A DNA stretch of 63,081 bases, the filler included, from Hyphochytrium catenoides (taxonomy: Eukaryota > Protista > Hyphochytriomycota), in NCBI GenBank assembly GCA_900088475.1. It is 6 parts of 6 records of this genome, joined end to end, with 100 filler letters (N's around TTAATTAATTAA, not from the genome) between each part and the next. Parts side by side here need not be neighbours in the genome. Positions count along the whole stretch, not along the records: positions 1 to 13,604 come from FLMG01001342.1; positions 13,705 to 29,642 come from FLMG01004743.1; 4 more parts are not named here. One strand, 5' to 3'. Positions within the stretch are counted from its first letter, which is position 1. The number at the start of each line of letters is the position of its first letter. Made by a program: the position numbers and the translations under genes. The notes under the pieces were generated by a model. It was not told where the DNA came from and searched no databases. It saw only the letters and a program-made list of their open reading frames with translations. Shown here one piece after another: positions 12,810 to 25,465 of this stretch.

Positions 12810-13330
12810 GATCGGTGCTGCTATTGCCCGTAACCTGGTGTTGGTGATCCATTCATTGGCCTTGCCCTTCACGTTCGTCGGACTGCTGGCTTTATCATAG
12901 CCAGCACTTGTCTCGCTGCTGCCGCGCTGCAGGTATGAACTTGTGAAAGAAAGAACAAGCAGTGGCAAAAAGTTAACGATCCAGTACTTTTGCTTTAATT
13001 GCCCGCGATGTGCCCCTTCTCTTTCCATCTACCGCCTTTTCTGCAAAAAAAGAAGAGTAGCTGTTTGGCGCAGTGGGAGGAAGGTGAATCAATATTTTTA
13101 TTATTGTTATGGGTGCGGTTCTCTAGGTAGCGTAGGCTCTGTTCCTGTTAGATTGCAGGGTAGTTCTGCTCCCTGTCACTTGTATCACCTCTTCGTCTTC
13201 GAGCACCTCTTCTTCTTTCTGCTGATACAAGATAGTCACAACGTGGATGAACAATTTGAAGGAACAAGAGAAAATGTAAATATGAACACGACTCCACGGC
13301 TGCGTGACTTACCCCTTAGTGGAGCCATCG
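12810..13330 (-). pseudogene. Possible decayed intron-containing gene with TALE-homeodomain-like fragments
   Basis: GTAAGT...CAG intron-like segment (~13312-13223), followed by KRRGTSRAIKAKVLDR*LF / LKQKYWIVNFLP and EWITNTRLR (cf. NWFxNARRR). Several stops, and spacing is ~10 aa too long. Confidence 0.22.
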
Positions 13331-13604
13331 TTGCGCCAGTCAGATTGATGATGATTGATCAATAATCTACGTTAGACAGGAAGAAGAAGACCATCCTCAC
13401 CAGTCTCATCTACGTCAAGTAACACCAGTGTGCGCTAGTCATCAGAGGAAGAAGAAGATCGTGACGTTCATTCTCCGACGTAGGTAGTAGTGGCAGCGGT
13501 TTCTCTCCTCCTGTCACAAAATGATATAGCTCCAAAAAGGTCGTCATCATCATCATTATTATCTTCATGGATCTCTATCTTTAGCGCTCCTGGTCCGCCC
13601 TAGG

Positions 13605-13704
13605 NNNNNNNNNNNNNNNNNNNNNNNNNNNNNNNNNNNNNNNNNNNNTTAATTAATTAANNNNNNNNNNNNNNNNNNNNNNNNNNNNNNNNNNNNNNNN
13701 NNNN
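13605..13704. other. Artificial contig-joining spacer
   Basis: N44-TTAATTAATTAA-N44; the core has stops in all six frames. Confidence 0.97.
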
Positions 13705-14039
13705 TCGACTCTGAATGAGAGCCTGTGTCCAGCTGGAAAGAGAGTTGAGCCTTGGACAAAGCGGTGTGAGTTATCGTAAGCAAGTTCTGGTGTGAGAATA
13801 AATGAAGAAAGTGGCCTTGGTCCCCGAAAGGGTTAGACAGAGAAGGGACGAAGATCTACACAGAGTATAGAGAAGAGAACAGTTAAGTTCAGAAATAAAG
13901 AGCGCGGCAGAGAGAAAGAGCCATGAAGAGAGGGTGAGCAGCACGTGATAGAGATGCGATCAAGGGTTTCCAGGTCATCAGGGCGGTTGTTCTACATTTT
14001 CCTTGTTGGCTGGGCTTGGGCGTCAGCGTGGGCGCAGGC

Positions 14040-15510
14040 AAAATGTGAGGAAAAGTACAGCCAAAAAAATAATACTCGCAATAAACGCTTTCTATGTGCC
14101 GTCGGGCTGTTTATCAAGGGCCATGACCTTCACTTACGTAGGAGTAGTAATACCCTCACCTGGTTTGACCTACTACTAGGTAATTACCAACTGTTTGAGG
14201 AGATTTTATAGGGTGCTGGCTATATTATTACTGCCTGCTGAGTGTAGGTCTTCGGATGTTGGATGATGTGAGACCACCAGCTGGGAGCATAAAGTCATTC
14301 AAAGAGGTGAAAAAGCCAAGCCCCATACTGTCTCTAGGAGGGAGAACGGTCTTGGCTCCTGGAGTGACACTGCAGTGACCTTCACCCTTCACCACTGCTA
14401 TACTGTACAGCCCCTTCTGTTCAAGATCCTTTGTTCTTCCCTTGTCTTTGAACTGTCGGTCATTGGTGGGTCAGACGGGGCTGGTTTGGGGTGTAGGTCG
14501 CACCTGCAGGGGCTTCTGTGTGCAGTGGAAAGGGAAGAAAGAGTTCTTCTTTCAAAGAACTTGAAAACTTTTGACAAATCACTTTGCACACTAAGGGCCC
14601 TTCTTGTGAACAATAAAAAAGGATTAAAGCGGGTCTAGAAGGGTTTACAATGGCCAGATATTATTCCAAGGTTCGAAGAGGTGTCCATCATCTTTGAGTC
14701 AAGGCAGCCATGCGCGCGAGTTAGACCTACCAGACCTATCAGTGACCATTTTTACTCGTAGTGGCCATTTTGGCTATATTGCGTGTAGTGCTCCCGAGCC
14801 ACAGGATTTCCCTTCTCTCGTACAGGTGTAGGTGACAGAAGACAAGGCGCAGGAGACAGAGAGCTGGCTGTAAGGTACATAAACTATGGCGATAGAATTC
14901 AAGAGAGAACAAACAGAGAAACGTAGCATTTTCATGGGATTTCAGAACACAGAACAACAGGCTCCATAGTCAGGGGATGGCGTCGAAAGCTGCTGTAGAT
15001 ATTCAGCAAATGAAGATCGAGCCGGAGCTTGAAGATGATGCAAGAGAGGATGGATAGGCTGTGGAGGGCCGAACTCCTCTTTCCTCCTCTGTCCGACTGA
15101 TTGCTATTGGTGTGCCCACTGCTTTATTGTTTGTTGTCGATTGCGTTGAATTGAGTCTCCTCCAGGTCAACGATGTCCTTACATCAGAAGATGTGGCCAC
15201 TCCCTGCCGCCGAACGCCGCCGATACTGATTGTCAGCACACAAAAGACTATTGTTGCCAGCAGCTGCTGCCTGCAGGAGCTCGGGATGAAGGTTGAGCTC
15301 AAGACGACATCTTAATTTTATTCATGTATTAGTGATGTCTTGTTCGTCCAGCAGTTGTTGTTTCATGATATTTCCAAATGCATACTTGTTGTAGAGATTC
15401 CTAGACCGATGGCGCACCACCATTTCCTCTGAATAAGTAGCCAGGTTGAACGCTGAACGCATGCTGCCATCAAAGTCTTTGATGTTTATCCTCCCCGGAA
15501 ATCTCAAGCT
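14040..15510 (-). pseudogene. Decayed hAT-superfamily transposase relic
   Basis: Motifs occur in hAT order and spacing: GNIMK (~15370), LRCRLELNL (~15300; cf. RCxxHxLNL), KRSSALHSL (~15070; cf. RWSS), VLKSHENAT..EFY..SL..LQPAL (~14945; cf. LKPFxxAT), TLLDP with frameshift to RF (~14635; cf. LDPRFK), PSWW (~14277). Many stops. Confidence 0.45.
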
Positions 15511-15637
15511 CGTATGTATAAATATTAGTGTTACAGCGTCGACCCTCCTTTACCCAGAGCTTATGTGACCTAAATGCCTGGCAGGGGTACAGCAACATGT
15601 TTCCTAGTTCCAGATAGCTTGGACTATTTTACGGTTC

Positions 15638-18600
15638 TCAATGATTTTGATTCAAAGAATCCCCTGATGATGAATTCACAGAAGCGCTGTGCCTAGTGTG
15701 GACCAGGTAGTAGAGCGTGAACATAACTAAAAGGTGTAGGAGAAGGGAGTAGAAGAAGACGAAGTTCCGCGTGAACTTGTTTCCCAGGACGAACTTCGTA
15801 AAGCCCAAGATGACCTTTTCGGGCCCGCTAAGGTTGTTATACTGCCCTTGTCTTTCACTCTTAGAGAACTGATTGAACGGATTGAGCTGTTCGTCATAGA
15901 TTGGTTTGTACCTAAGCATAAGGAACAGCTGTGAGTGCTTATAAGGAGCATTGGGCTATCCGCCAAGAAGCAAGGAAGTAGACTATGCGCTCGTCATCGG
16001 CACAGCCACTGCTGAACGAACACAAGCAGTAACAAGCAGTAACATCAGGGTCTTGGTTGACAGACAGACAATATCTCGTTGCCCTGATTTCCTACCTTGC
16101 TTCGGCGCCAGGATCTCTGTCATTGATACTAATGCTGGTGTCGGCTTCTCTACGGTCTTTGAAGCTCTAGAGATCAAGTCGTAAATAAATAACTACGAGA
16201 GATAGAGAAGCAATACGTTGTGACTGAACCTGCAAGAACCGGATCTTGCTGTACAGTTCTATGTTATCCTTCTCCAGTCTAGTGATCTTAGACTGAAGGT
16301 CGAATAATCTCTGGGCGTCTTGCGCCTACACCAGATGAAGGCAAAATAAAGTGTCATCGCGTGAAAGGACGCCACCCTCATCTCTGTCAATGTGTACCCT
16401 TTTGGGCTACAACTAACAGACCACCTTAAGCAGACAGGATAGACGAACAACTAAAGCAAAAAAATTAGAGTACGGGACATCGGAAGTCAAAGCGGACCGA
16501 TGTAAGAGTCACACAATGCCGGCAGCGGAGGGGAGATAGACTACACAGAGGCAACACTTTCTACACCAACATGATCTGTACCTGTTGCTGTTCCAGCTCC
16601 AAGATCTTCTGTTTAAAGCGGTCTCGCTGACCCTTAACAATGGATAGCATGTGACTCTCACCACTGTTGCCGGAGCCAGAAGGTGCTCCGGGCAGCTGTA
16701 CGGCAGAAGGGCCTCCAGCTTGGCCGCTACCATCTCCATCCTGGAGCGTCGTACGGAGTACCAAATTACCTTTAACAGGGTGATAATGGCCAGACCCCAT
16801 AACGCCAGAAGAAAGGTCTTCTTCCAGCCGAATAACCAGAGTCCTAAGATCCTTGTTTTCAGCCTCGAGCTTAGCGGCGGCTGGAGCGGCGGAGGACGTT
16901 GTTGTTAGGGACATAGAAGGAAACATAATGAAGCTATCACACATAATGCAAGTAGAGGGAAAGACAGAAACCATCACACATAAAGAAAGCAGAGAGGCAA
17001 TGACACATTAACACTCTGCTCAACGCAGCCACCTGCTTTGATGTCATTAAGTTCTCCTAGCGCTTCGCGCAACTTGTGGCTCTTCTCTTGCATCTCAGCG
17101 CTCACTTTGCGAAACCTGCCTATTACAGCGGCTTCTGTCTCCTCATCAAGGAGTCCATTAATGCTCTCCTTTAGACCACCGTCCGGTACATCGGCATAAG
17201 CGTTATACTCTATCTTTTGCAGAATGCGAAGTTTTGCCTTTACGTTTGCATGTTCCTCTACCTGTTTGAAGAAAGTGTTAACACATATGGGACTCTTGAG
17301 GAGACCACCAGAAGAAGATCAGAACAGTACTGTGGGTCTCATTTCCAGCTCTCTCTGCAGCTCCTGCTGACGCTTCTCGAGCTCTCGGAGAGCTTCTCTC
17401 GCATCTCCCAGTTGGTCCTGATATTTCTTCGCCTCAGTCTGTCGGCTATCCCGCAGCTCTCGGAGCTCCTGTTGCAGCTGCATGATGACCGTATCTCTCT
17501 TGCTACCCTCAGAGTCTCCTCTTTCCCTCATGGGCGCGCTACCGCGAGTAATTGCCGAGATTTCTTCATTCAACGATGCCACCTACTCGATAAAGGACAG
17601 GACAAGTGGCAAAGGGACGGTTCTAGTTAGAGGATGAGGGCCCAAGAAAGGGGATTTGTGTGGAGCGTCACCGTCAACTAACCTTTTTTCTTAGTTCATT
17701 GTTCTCCGCTCGTAGATGCTGCGCCAGAGAAACATCTAAGACAGGAATCCGGAAAATCAGGTGAGGGGCAATAAAGGTTGTGGTGCTGCCGGTAGACTCT
17801 CTTTGTACCTTGATGAAGCAGCTCCAGTTCCTTCTGTTTGGCAGCCACCCTCTCCTCTGCCCGCTGCTGAGCCTCAAGGATTTGAGATTGCAGCTGGTCA
17901 CAGAATCCCTGAGTCTGTAGATACTTGTCTTGAAGCTTTTGGATATCCGTGAGGAGCTGTCTAATATAAATAGGAGCAGAAAAGTGGCTTTAGAGCGACC
18001 CTTGTTTGGGCGCAAGCATAAAGGAGGAAAAAATACGTGCCTCTCTCGTTCTTTGAAGGCAGCGCTTTGCTCAGCTTGTACTTGCAAAAGCTCCTGAGAC
18101 TTCTGCTCAACTTTCTTGTCCACTTTTTCCTTCATGGCCCTCTCTACCGCGGCTAACTCTCCCTCTAGCCTCCGGATGGTGATATCCTGATTCTTGACTT
18201 GAGTCAGCTCCTGTTCAAATTGCTTCAGCTCCTCGGTCTGACTAGACGTTGTCGTCGTATTGTGAAAAAATCACAGCCGAAAGATGAAGAAGCAGGCAGC
18301 AATAGGAAGGGTGGGTGAGAGAGGGGTCTGATTACTCAAGACGCCTGCGCAACCAAAGCCGATGAACGACCTAAGAGGCGTTGATAAGAGAGGCCTTGAT
18401 AGGATCAAGGAGGTAGAGGAGGCCAATCTTCCCGCAAAAGGGATGTCAAATACCTTTTAAGCTGCATTTCTAGCTTCTGAATGGTCTGCTTGTCCTCCAA
18501 TCCCGCCACAAGGACCGTGGTGGGATCGATGAGATCGTGTAGCACCTTGAAAGACTCGAAGAAGGCGCCCTCAGCGTATTTGGACCTAGATAAGCAGTCA

Positions 18601-19022
18601 TAAGCAGGGCGCAATGGCGAGTGCAGAGAGGACCTCCTTTCATTTGCCATTATCACCGCCATACCGTCTTGTAAGATTGTCAATCTCATCCTGATAAGCT
18701 TTCAGTAGCAAGCCAAAGAGCTCTAGCTTCTCTGAGTCTTCCGCCTTCTTGAACTGTTTGGTTGAATCGGCCAGGGCCCTTCTTGCCTTGACACTCGCCT
18801 AGGGTAGAGTTACTAGGGTATCAAGGGCAAAGGAAGACTGCTGCACTTACATCCTTGCTGGACTGTATCTCATGGGCACTGTTTTCCAATGTCCTCAGTT
18901 GCTTGGGGAGATCCAAGTCCTTCCAGAAGGTGAGCACGGTATTCTACAGTCCCATCGCACACAGTCAAAGTGCTGTACCAAATTACAGCAGAATAGTCAT
19001 TTACCGCAAGCTCTGCACTCAT
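15638..19022 (-). CDS. CASP: CASP (CUX1 alternatively spliced product / Coy1) Golgi golgin, multi-exon
   Basis: Spliced N-terminus MSAELA|NTVLTFWKDLDL...|RRALADSTKQFKK..LLKAYQDEIDNLTR, coiled-coil exons, MLSIVKGQRDRFKQK, and a final exon with YDEQLNPF and the TM segment FFYSLLLHLLVM (conserved Tyr/His). Confidence 0.92.
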
Positions 19023-19884
19023 TCTCCGCTAGTGCTTCTCCAAAGCCATCAGGCGCCACGACACCCGGTATTGAGAGTCGCCTTCAGATCAGTGAGGCAT
19101 CAGCAGAGTATACTTCCAGAAAGTCTGTCGCTTACAAGGGCACCCGGAGGATTCTGAGAAGATACTGGACCCTAGTGCGCGTGCAGGTACCGTTGACACC
19201 TCAGAAGAGCAGACGTTACTTGTGAAGCTTGGACCTCGTATGGGGCCGCTGATGCAACAGAGTTTGAGCTCTTTCATGCTCATGGCACTTTGAAGACTGT
19301 CTCTTGAAGAAAGCGGCAAGCTCCCAAGATCTTGGCGTACAGGTAGAAGAACTACCTGTACAAGAAAGCTTCACGCTGCTTCTCTCTTATCTCTCTTCTT
19401 TCTTCTCAATACTACTGGGGGACTTCACAATTGTAGCCGGTACTGGCCATCTGCTAATCGCAGTGTGCCCTTTCATCCATCTCTCTCATCAGCGAAAGGA
19501 AAGCTCTCTCTTTTTCTCTGACACTTCAATTTCGACCATCGTGCCATCGCCATCTTCCTCCAGAGGTCGGCGTAGCATGTGAAGCAGGTCATCAGTTGAC
19601 CCCGGCCCGGTGCTGTCTCCTCCCAATCTTCTTCGTCTTGTGCTCTCTAGTCCTAGCTCGTTGCATAGGTAAGACCCGCTCTATGTTGAATACATCTTTG
19701 TGCCGGACAATAACCTCGTTTGGCCAGTTGCCCATGATATAGTGCTTGCAACGAGAGAGACGCCAGCGCGCTCTGATGGTCAAAGGGCCATTCTCGTCAT
19801 TCTGGGCCCTATCTTTATACACCTAGCAAGCTCCCGGTTATAGACTAGTTTTAAGGCTGAGGACAGGAGGGAAACTCAATCAAC

Positions 19885-22800
19885 ATGCCGATCCAGCCTG
19901 TCTACTCCTGGGAGGAGGATGACCGTTCCGTCAGAGTGACTGTGGCCCTGCGAGGCCACAAAGTCTCCGATGTAGATGTCTTCGGTAATTTCTAACATTC
20001 TCGGCTCTTGCATAGACAGAGTAATTGGCCATTTCTAACTGTTTAATTTGGCTTTGCTCTTTGCCACGTCCCGCGATCTCTACTTTGTGGTCATCCTCTC
20101 ACCCACGCTGTTACTCTTCGTCCTTAACTCTGTCGGGACGAGTAGTCGGAGAGTTTGTTCTGAAGGTTAATTTCTCCCCCTACCTGTTGCTGGTGGATCT
20201 GTGTGGCCCGGTGGACGATAAGACCACCACCGCACGAGCGAAGAATGGCTCCCTTATCGTGACCATGACGAAGGTACAAAGACCTGTAGCAGACTTGACT
20301 ACTGTCTTCTCCGCTCCTTTCATAATCCATTCTCCTTCTGGGATCGCGTCATTCCTGTCTCTGTTAATCTGAAGTGTAACGGAGTCCACTTTGAGTAGAA
20401 GGATAAAGGGCAATGGGGCCACCTCGCCACTCAAGAGAAAGATAAACAAGCCATAAAGGAGAGGCGGGAAAGATCAATCGACCAAAAGCTAAANNNNNNN
20501 NNNNNNNNNNNNNNTACCATTTCAGCTAAAGGAGAAGAAAAAATCCAAGCGGCATGCCGACGAGAAGCTGGCACTCAGAAAGCAGGTAACCATCATGAGT
20601 TACCAAGGGGTCATATATATTCCTAGGCAAATCTTTGAGATATAAACTGTCCATAGATGGATCTGGAGCAGCAGGAGAGACAGACACTAGAGGACCTCAA
20701 GCAAGCAGAGAAAGCCCAAGCGGAGGTAAACATAGCCGAAGGTGACTGGTGACCACAGATGTTCTGACTGCTTGGTTCCTGAGTAGGCTGAGATGTATCA
20801 AGCTTTAGACAAGCTTCGAGCTACACAGGCTCCTTTAGAAAAGGTACGTGGATCTGTATCCTGCGCCTTCCCTTTTCATTTGAAATCAATAGCCGGATGC
20901 CCGATGACACTTTCGCAGTTTCTTGCGGGGATGATAGCTCTATCTGCAGTCCAGGGCCCATCTCTTTATTTATATGGACCTATTTTTGTCTTTATCCTCG
21001 TTATGTTCATACTCCGTGTAGAGAGTTTCTTGACTTACTCCACTAATATTAACGTCTGCTTTGGGCCTCCAGCGGTCTATCCACCCCTTAAAGGTCCTAG
21101 AGACTAAGAAGCCTGAAGTTCTTGAAGTGGCACCAGATGGTTCATTTGATGCCTCAGGGTCTCTACTTCCTAACTGGGTATCAAGACCAACAGAACAGAT
21201 CTTTGAGGATGATAGTATCGATAGTGCAAGTGACGAAGATGAGGACGAAGAGACGACAAAAGGTAGGCCGAAGCAGTACATTCCTACTTCAGGAGACACA
21301 AGGAACGATTCAGACGGATTGGTAATGCTTCTCTCATAGTGACATCGAAAACGTCACCAGAGTCAGTGGAGGAGACTGAGGTTGACGAAGACATCCACTA
21401 TATTCCGGCTCCCCGAAAGGCTGCAGCAACCAAGATCACATTTACCCCGAGGATTTTTCCGACACCGAAGCGAGAATCCAAAGCAGGTAGGTGATTGGTG
21501 CCCCTAGCCTGTGAACGCCTCAATTTGACCAGAGAGCGAAGACGACATGAGAGGACGGAAAGAAGGATGAGGACTGGGAAAGGAAGGAGGAGAAAGAGTG
21601 CTGTGCTGCGACGAGTCGTGACAAAGAAGAGAGGTAGTAAAGTATGACAGGCCAAGGCGAGAAGGGTTTGCCATAGGTTGTTAAGGTTATGAAGTAGTGA
21701 GGAGACGCCCATAGCATTACGAGTTTTAACGTTGAACTTCTGCAGCTGAGGAAGAGGACTGGATCGCGAAAAACCATGGTCATTTGAGCAAACACAAGAC
21801 GTTAGCTAAAAATAGAGGCGGAGATATCAGCGACACCGACCGTGAGTCCGTATTTTTCTCATATACTTCCAGGGTAGAAGTTAAATTGACGGTGATGCAG
21901 CGACATGGCTAAAAGGCAAGGGCGATGACTTCTACAAGTCGGGGGACTTTAGAGGCGCTATAAGTGCATACTCGTCCGCACTGGAGGCCGATCCCGCGTT
22001 CATTGCTTGCTACTCAAATCGCGCAGCATGCTACTTACAGCTTGATGACCTCGACGTAAGTGTTGCACTTTGCTATCCTCTCTGTGACTCTGCGGACAAT
22101 AGAGAGAGAAAATGAGGCCGGATCTAAGCTTAATGCTAGACCTAATCCGTTGCACTTTAGCGGTGTATCGCAGACTGTACCAAAGCTCTATGCTTACTAC
22201 CCGAATTGGGAGAAAGCAGATCTAGTCCAGATTCAATGGCTGGTAGAGAAGAGTTCAAGGCGCAGCAGACCCGGCTACGAGTGCTGGTAAGAAGAGGGAC
22301 AGCTTACTGTCAGAGCGGACGGTACAGGTTGGTACATTACCTCTTATCTCATGGTGACCCAGCAGTAACTCCTATTACTCAGTGACGCCAAAGGCGATTA
22401 TGCTCTAGCTTGTGCCCTAGACTCAAATAGCCCGGCATTGGCACAAGACTACAAGTATCTTTGTATTCTGGAACAATGTAAGCCTGTTCGTTTTCCATTC
22501 GATTCCTTGCTGATTCCATGTGCCGAATGGTAATTTATAACCCAAACATTGGCTGTGGCTATTTGCTTTGCTATATTGTCAGGTTTCTTACTGAAGACTA
22601 AAGGGGATGAGAAGTATGCGGATTCAAGAGTAGAGGAGGCTATAGAACTCTACAACCAGGGTCTGGCTCTCATTCCATCATTTGTTCCGTAAGTTGTTCT
22701 TCGTTTTGCTTGAGCCTCAAGTAGATCCCTCTTTGATGTTCTTCCCTTTGGCTGCTTTGGCTCTCTTCGGTGCTATCTCTGGCCGCTTTGCCCAGCTGCC

Positions 22801-23315
22801 TTTCCAACAGAGCAGCCTGTTACCTAGTCTTAGGGGAAGCGGAGAAATGTATCCAGGACTGCACGGTATCGCTTTCTGAACTCCAGGTATGTGACACTAC
22901 ACCCTGAGCGTACGCCACGCCTCGCGCTAAATACACATCTTCTTACAGGCTACAGTGCAACAGCAAGGTGGAATTCGGTTCCTGCAGTCTGGCGCACTGC
23001 CTCCTCCCAACTCCAGTAGAAGGAAAGCCTGGGTTATGAAGACATTAGTCAGACGAGGAACTGCCTACTCACAACTTGGTGTTCTGGATAAAGGTAAGGG
23101 TCAAAGAGAAGAGACACTTCGGAGTGAGATTATGAGAGAGAACGATTAAGCGGAGAGGGGCCCGAGAGATCTAATGACTGGAAAGCCCGTTTTCACATTC
23201 TAACTTGCTTGGAACAGCTTTAGAGGACCTCAACGAGGCACTCAAGCTCGAACCAGAGAACGCTGAGATCCAAGCCAGCATACAGAGGGTGCAGAGTGTC
23301 AGCGACGCGGCATGA
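19885..23315 (+). CDS. DNAAF4: Dynein axonemal assembly factor 4 (DYX1C1): CS domain + TPRs, multi-exon
   Basis: MPIQPVYSWEE..DVDVF|..LKVNFSPYLL..DL (CS/p23), ITFTPRIFPTPKRESK, EEEDWI, WLKGKGDDFY..YSNRAACYL, a second TPR set, and a last exon ALEDLNEALKLEPEN..* with TGA at 23313-23315. Short GT-AG introns. Confidence 0.93.
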
Positions 23316-23705
23316 GATAAACCTAGTCAAAGTGATGGTAGCTCTCTAAGTACATTAAATATTCCGGCAGGTTTTGCCCTAATTTGGCACTATCCAAGGG
23401 CAGAGAATAGGCTGTAGAGCTACTGCGTGCCGCTATCTGCTAAGGTTCTATCCTAAGCGGTGTGCAGCACTCGAGAGGCCTATAGTCGGCCGCCTTTAGT
23501 GCTAGTGCGCGCCCGTACCGTGCTTGTGGGCGACAGTGGGTATCGCCTTACTTTCCCACTGTTAGACGATGCGTGTAATTGAGGTGCAGAAGGGCTGTCT
23601 AGTGAAGAATAGCCAAGGGAACCATGAGAAAATAAGCATCTCTGGGGTCTTTGGCTTGACGATGGCTTGTCCAGACCTTAATGACAATACGTTGTTTGGG
23701 CGTTG

Positions 23706-24491
23706 CTAAGGCAAGAGAAGCAGCTGTTGGCGAAGGCTATCGAGCTTCGTAAGGTGATACTCGTTCACCTTCACAGCAGTCTGCTTTCTAAGACTTCTAA
23801 CCTCATCATCCACACCTTGAATGGTGTCCAAGAAAGCCAAGATATCCTCGAAATCCTTCTCAACGCCGTTCAGCTCCCTTAAGACATTCAGCTTGCTTCG
23901 TCTGCGGCCACTGCTAGTCATAGTTTGCTTTGATCTCGAAGTGTTCGCGGGCGCCTCTTCAGAAAGGATGTTTGTTCCATCGCCATTTCCTTCGTCTACC
24001 TTCGCGAGCTCTGCCTCTACATCAAAATTGTCCCATTTGGAATTGTACTTCTTTCCTGATGAGTCAAAGAAGTAATCTGGAGAGACCATGTAGGGATAAA
24101 CGGGGTTGAAGCCAGGAGTGAGAGAAAAGAAGATAGATGAATGCCAGGTCTTTTAAGAATGGCAGGGACGGAGCTGCCTTACATGAGGTCTGAGGTCCTT
24201 CTGCAGATTGTTCCTCGGGAGAAGCAACCAGCATCTCTGTCTCTTGCTCCAATTTGTCTAGCTTTGTAACGACGTCGTTGATGATGGCCTGAAGCTTCCT
24301 GAGCTTCTCCAGGGTCCGGCGCTTTCTCTTGGCCTCTCTGAAGTGGGTAGAGTGAGTGAATCTAAACTCAATGAGGCGGAGCTAGGCAGCGGAACTTACG
24401 ACGACTCTATCAGGCACTTCCTGGCAAGGTAGACACCAGCAAGCCCAACTATCGCTGCACCTGCAGTCACTGTTACCCTCCAGGCCGACAT
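23706..24491 (-). CDS. BAG-domain co-chaperone with N-terminal signal-anchor, 3 exons
   Basis: Phase-compatible exons: MSAWRVTVTAGAAIVGLAGVYLARK (TM); helix LEKLRKLQAIINDVVTKLDKLEQE; final exon FEDILAFLDTIQGVDDEVRSLRKQTAVKVN..LTKLD (BAG helices 2-3). Confidence 0.72.
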
Positions 24492-25465
24492 AATTGGACT
24501 CGTTGGTAGACTTGGGGAAGTTCAATAAAGCTGCTGGGTTCCAATAGCGGGTTGTTCCTCCGCGGACCTCTCCAAGGAAGAATAGGCTCTCTCAACCTTC
24601 AGCCTCCGCTATCAGCAGGCTGGAAGAAGGAGGGAGACCTCCTAGTCTGCCTTGGCCCGATCAATGGCTTATTGAGGAGGCGCTGACTCTGCTAAGGTGA
24701 TGGGGAAGTGAGGGCCGTGGTGATGATCAGAATTCTGCCGGCTTGACACCATGGATTCAGGTCCAGCATGATGTCCTGAGAGATTGAGAATAACAGGGTA
24801 ACAATATCTGGAATGGAAGAGTGAGGTGCTGTGAGGATCTCGAAGAGGAAGAAGTTTCCCTTCGACCCAGCGGGAAATGGGCGAGGAAGGGGAGGGAGGA
24901 AAGTGCTAGACAGAGTGACAGACAGAGACGCACAGTTTGACAGACAGACAGGCACGAGAGAGACACAATAGACAGGAAGAGAGAGGAGGCGGCGATAAGG
25001 GGGAAAAGACAGGTAGAATTGTTGGAAACATAGAGCGGGGAAAGAGAGAGAGACAGAGAGACAGAGAGAAAGAGAGAGAGAGAGAGGAGAGAGGGAGAAG
25101 ACACAGAAGCGAGAGAGAGCTTCCATCTGAGAGGCAGTGAGAGGCGACCGACAAACAAGCGCAAAAAACGACTGAGAAGTGCCGGAGTAAGAGTAAGGGA
25201 GAAAGGTTAAGAGAGGGAGATGTGATGCACGAAGATGAGAGAAGGGAGGACGACTTGAGGCTCAATCATAAGCGGTCGCAGCTCGTACCTTGTTGGACAC
25301 CGTCACCTCTTCCTGGCGTCAACCTCGAGCAGATGCATGCCTTTCCATATTGAGATGCAAGGCCCTTCGCCTTATTAAGAGCTCCATCGTGCCACTCTTG
25401 GACGCTGCCTGCTGCCGCCGTCCTGCGCCGCAGAACCGGGGAAGCAACCAAGAAGAAGCGTAGCA

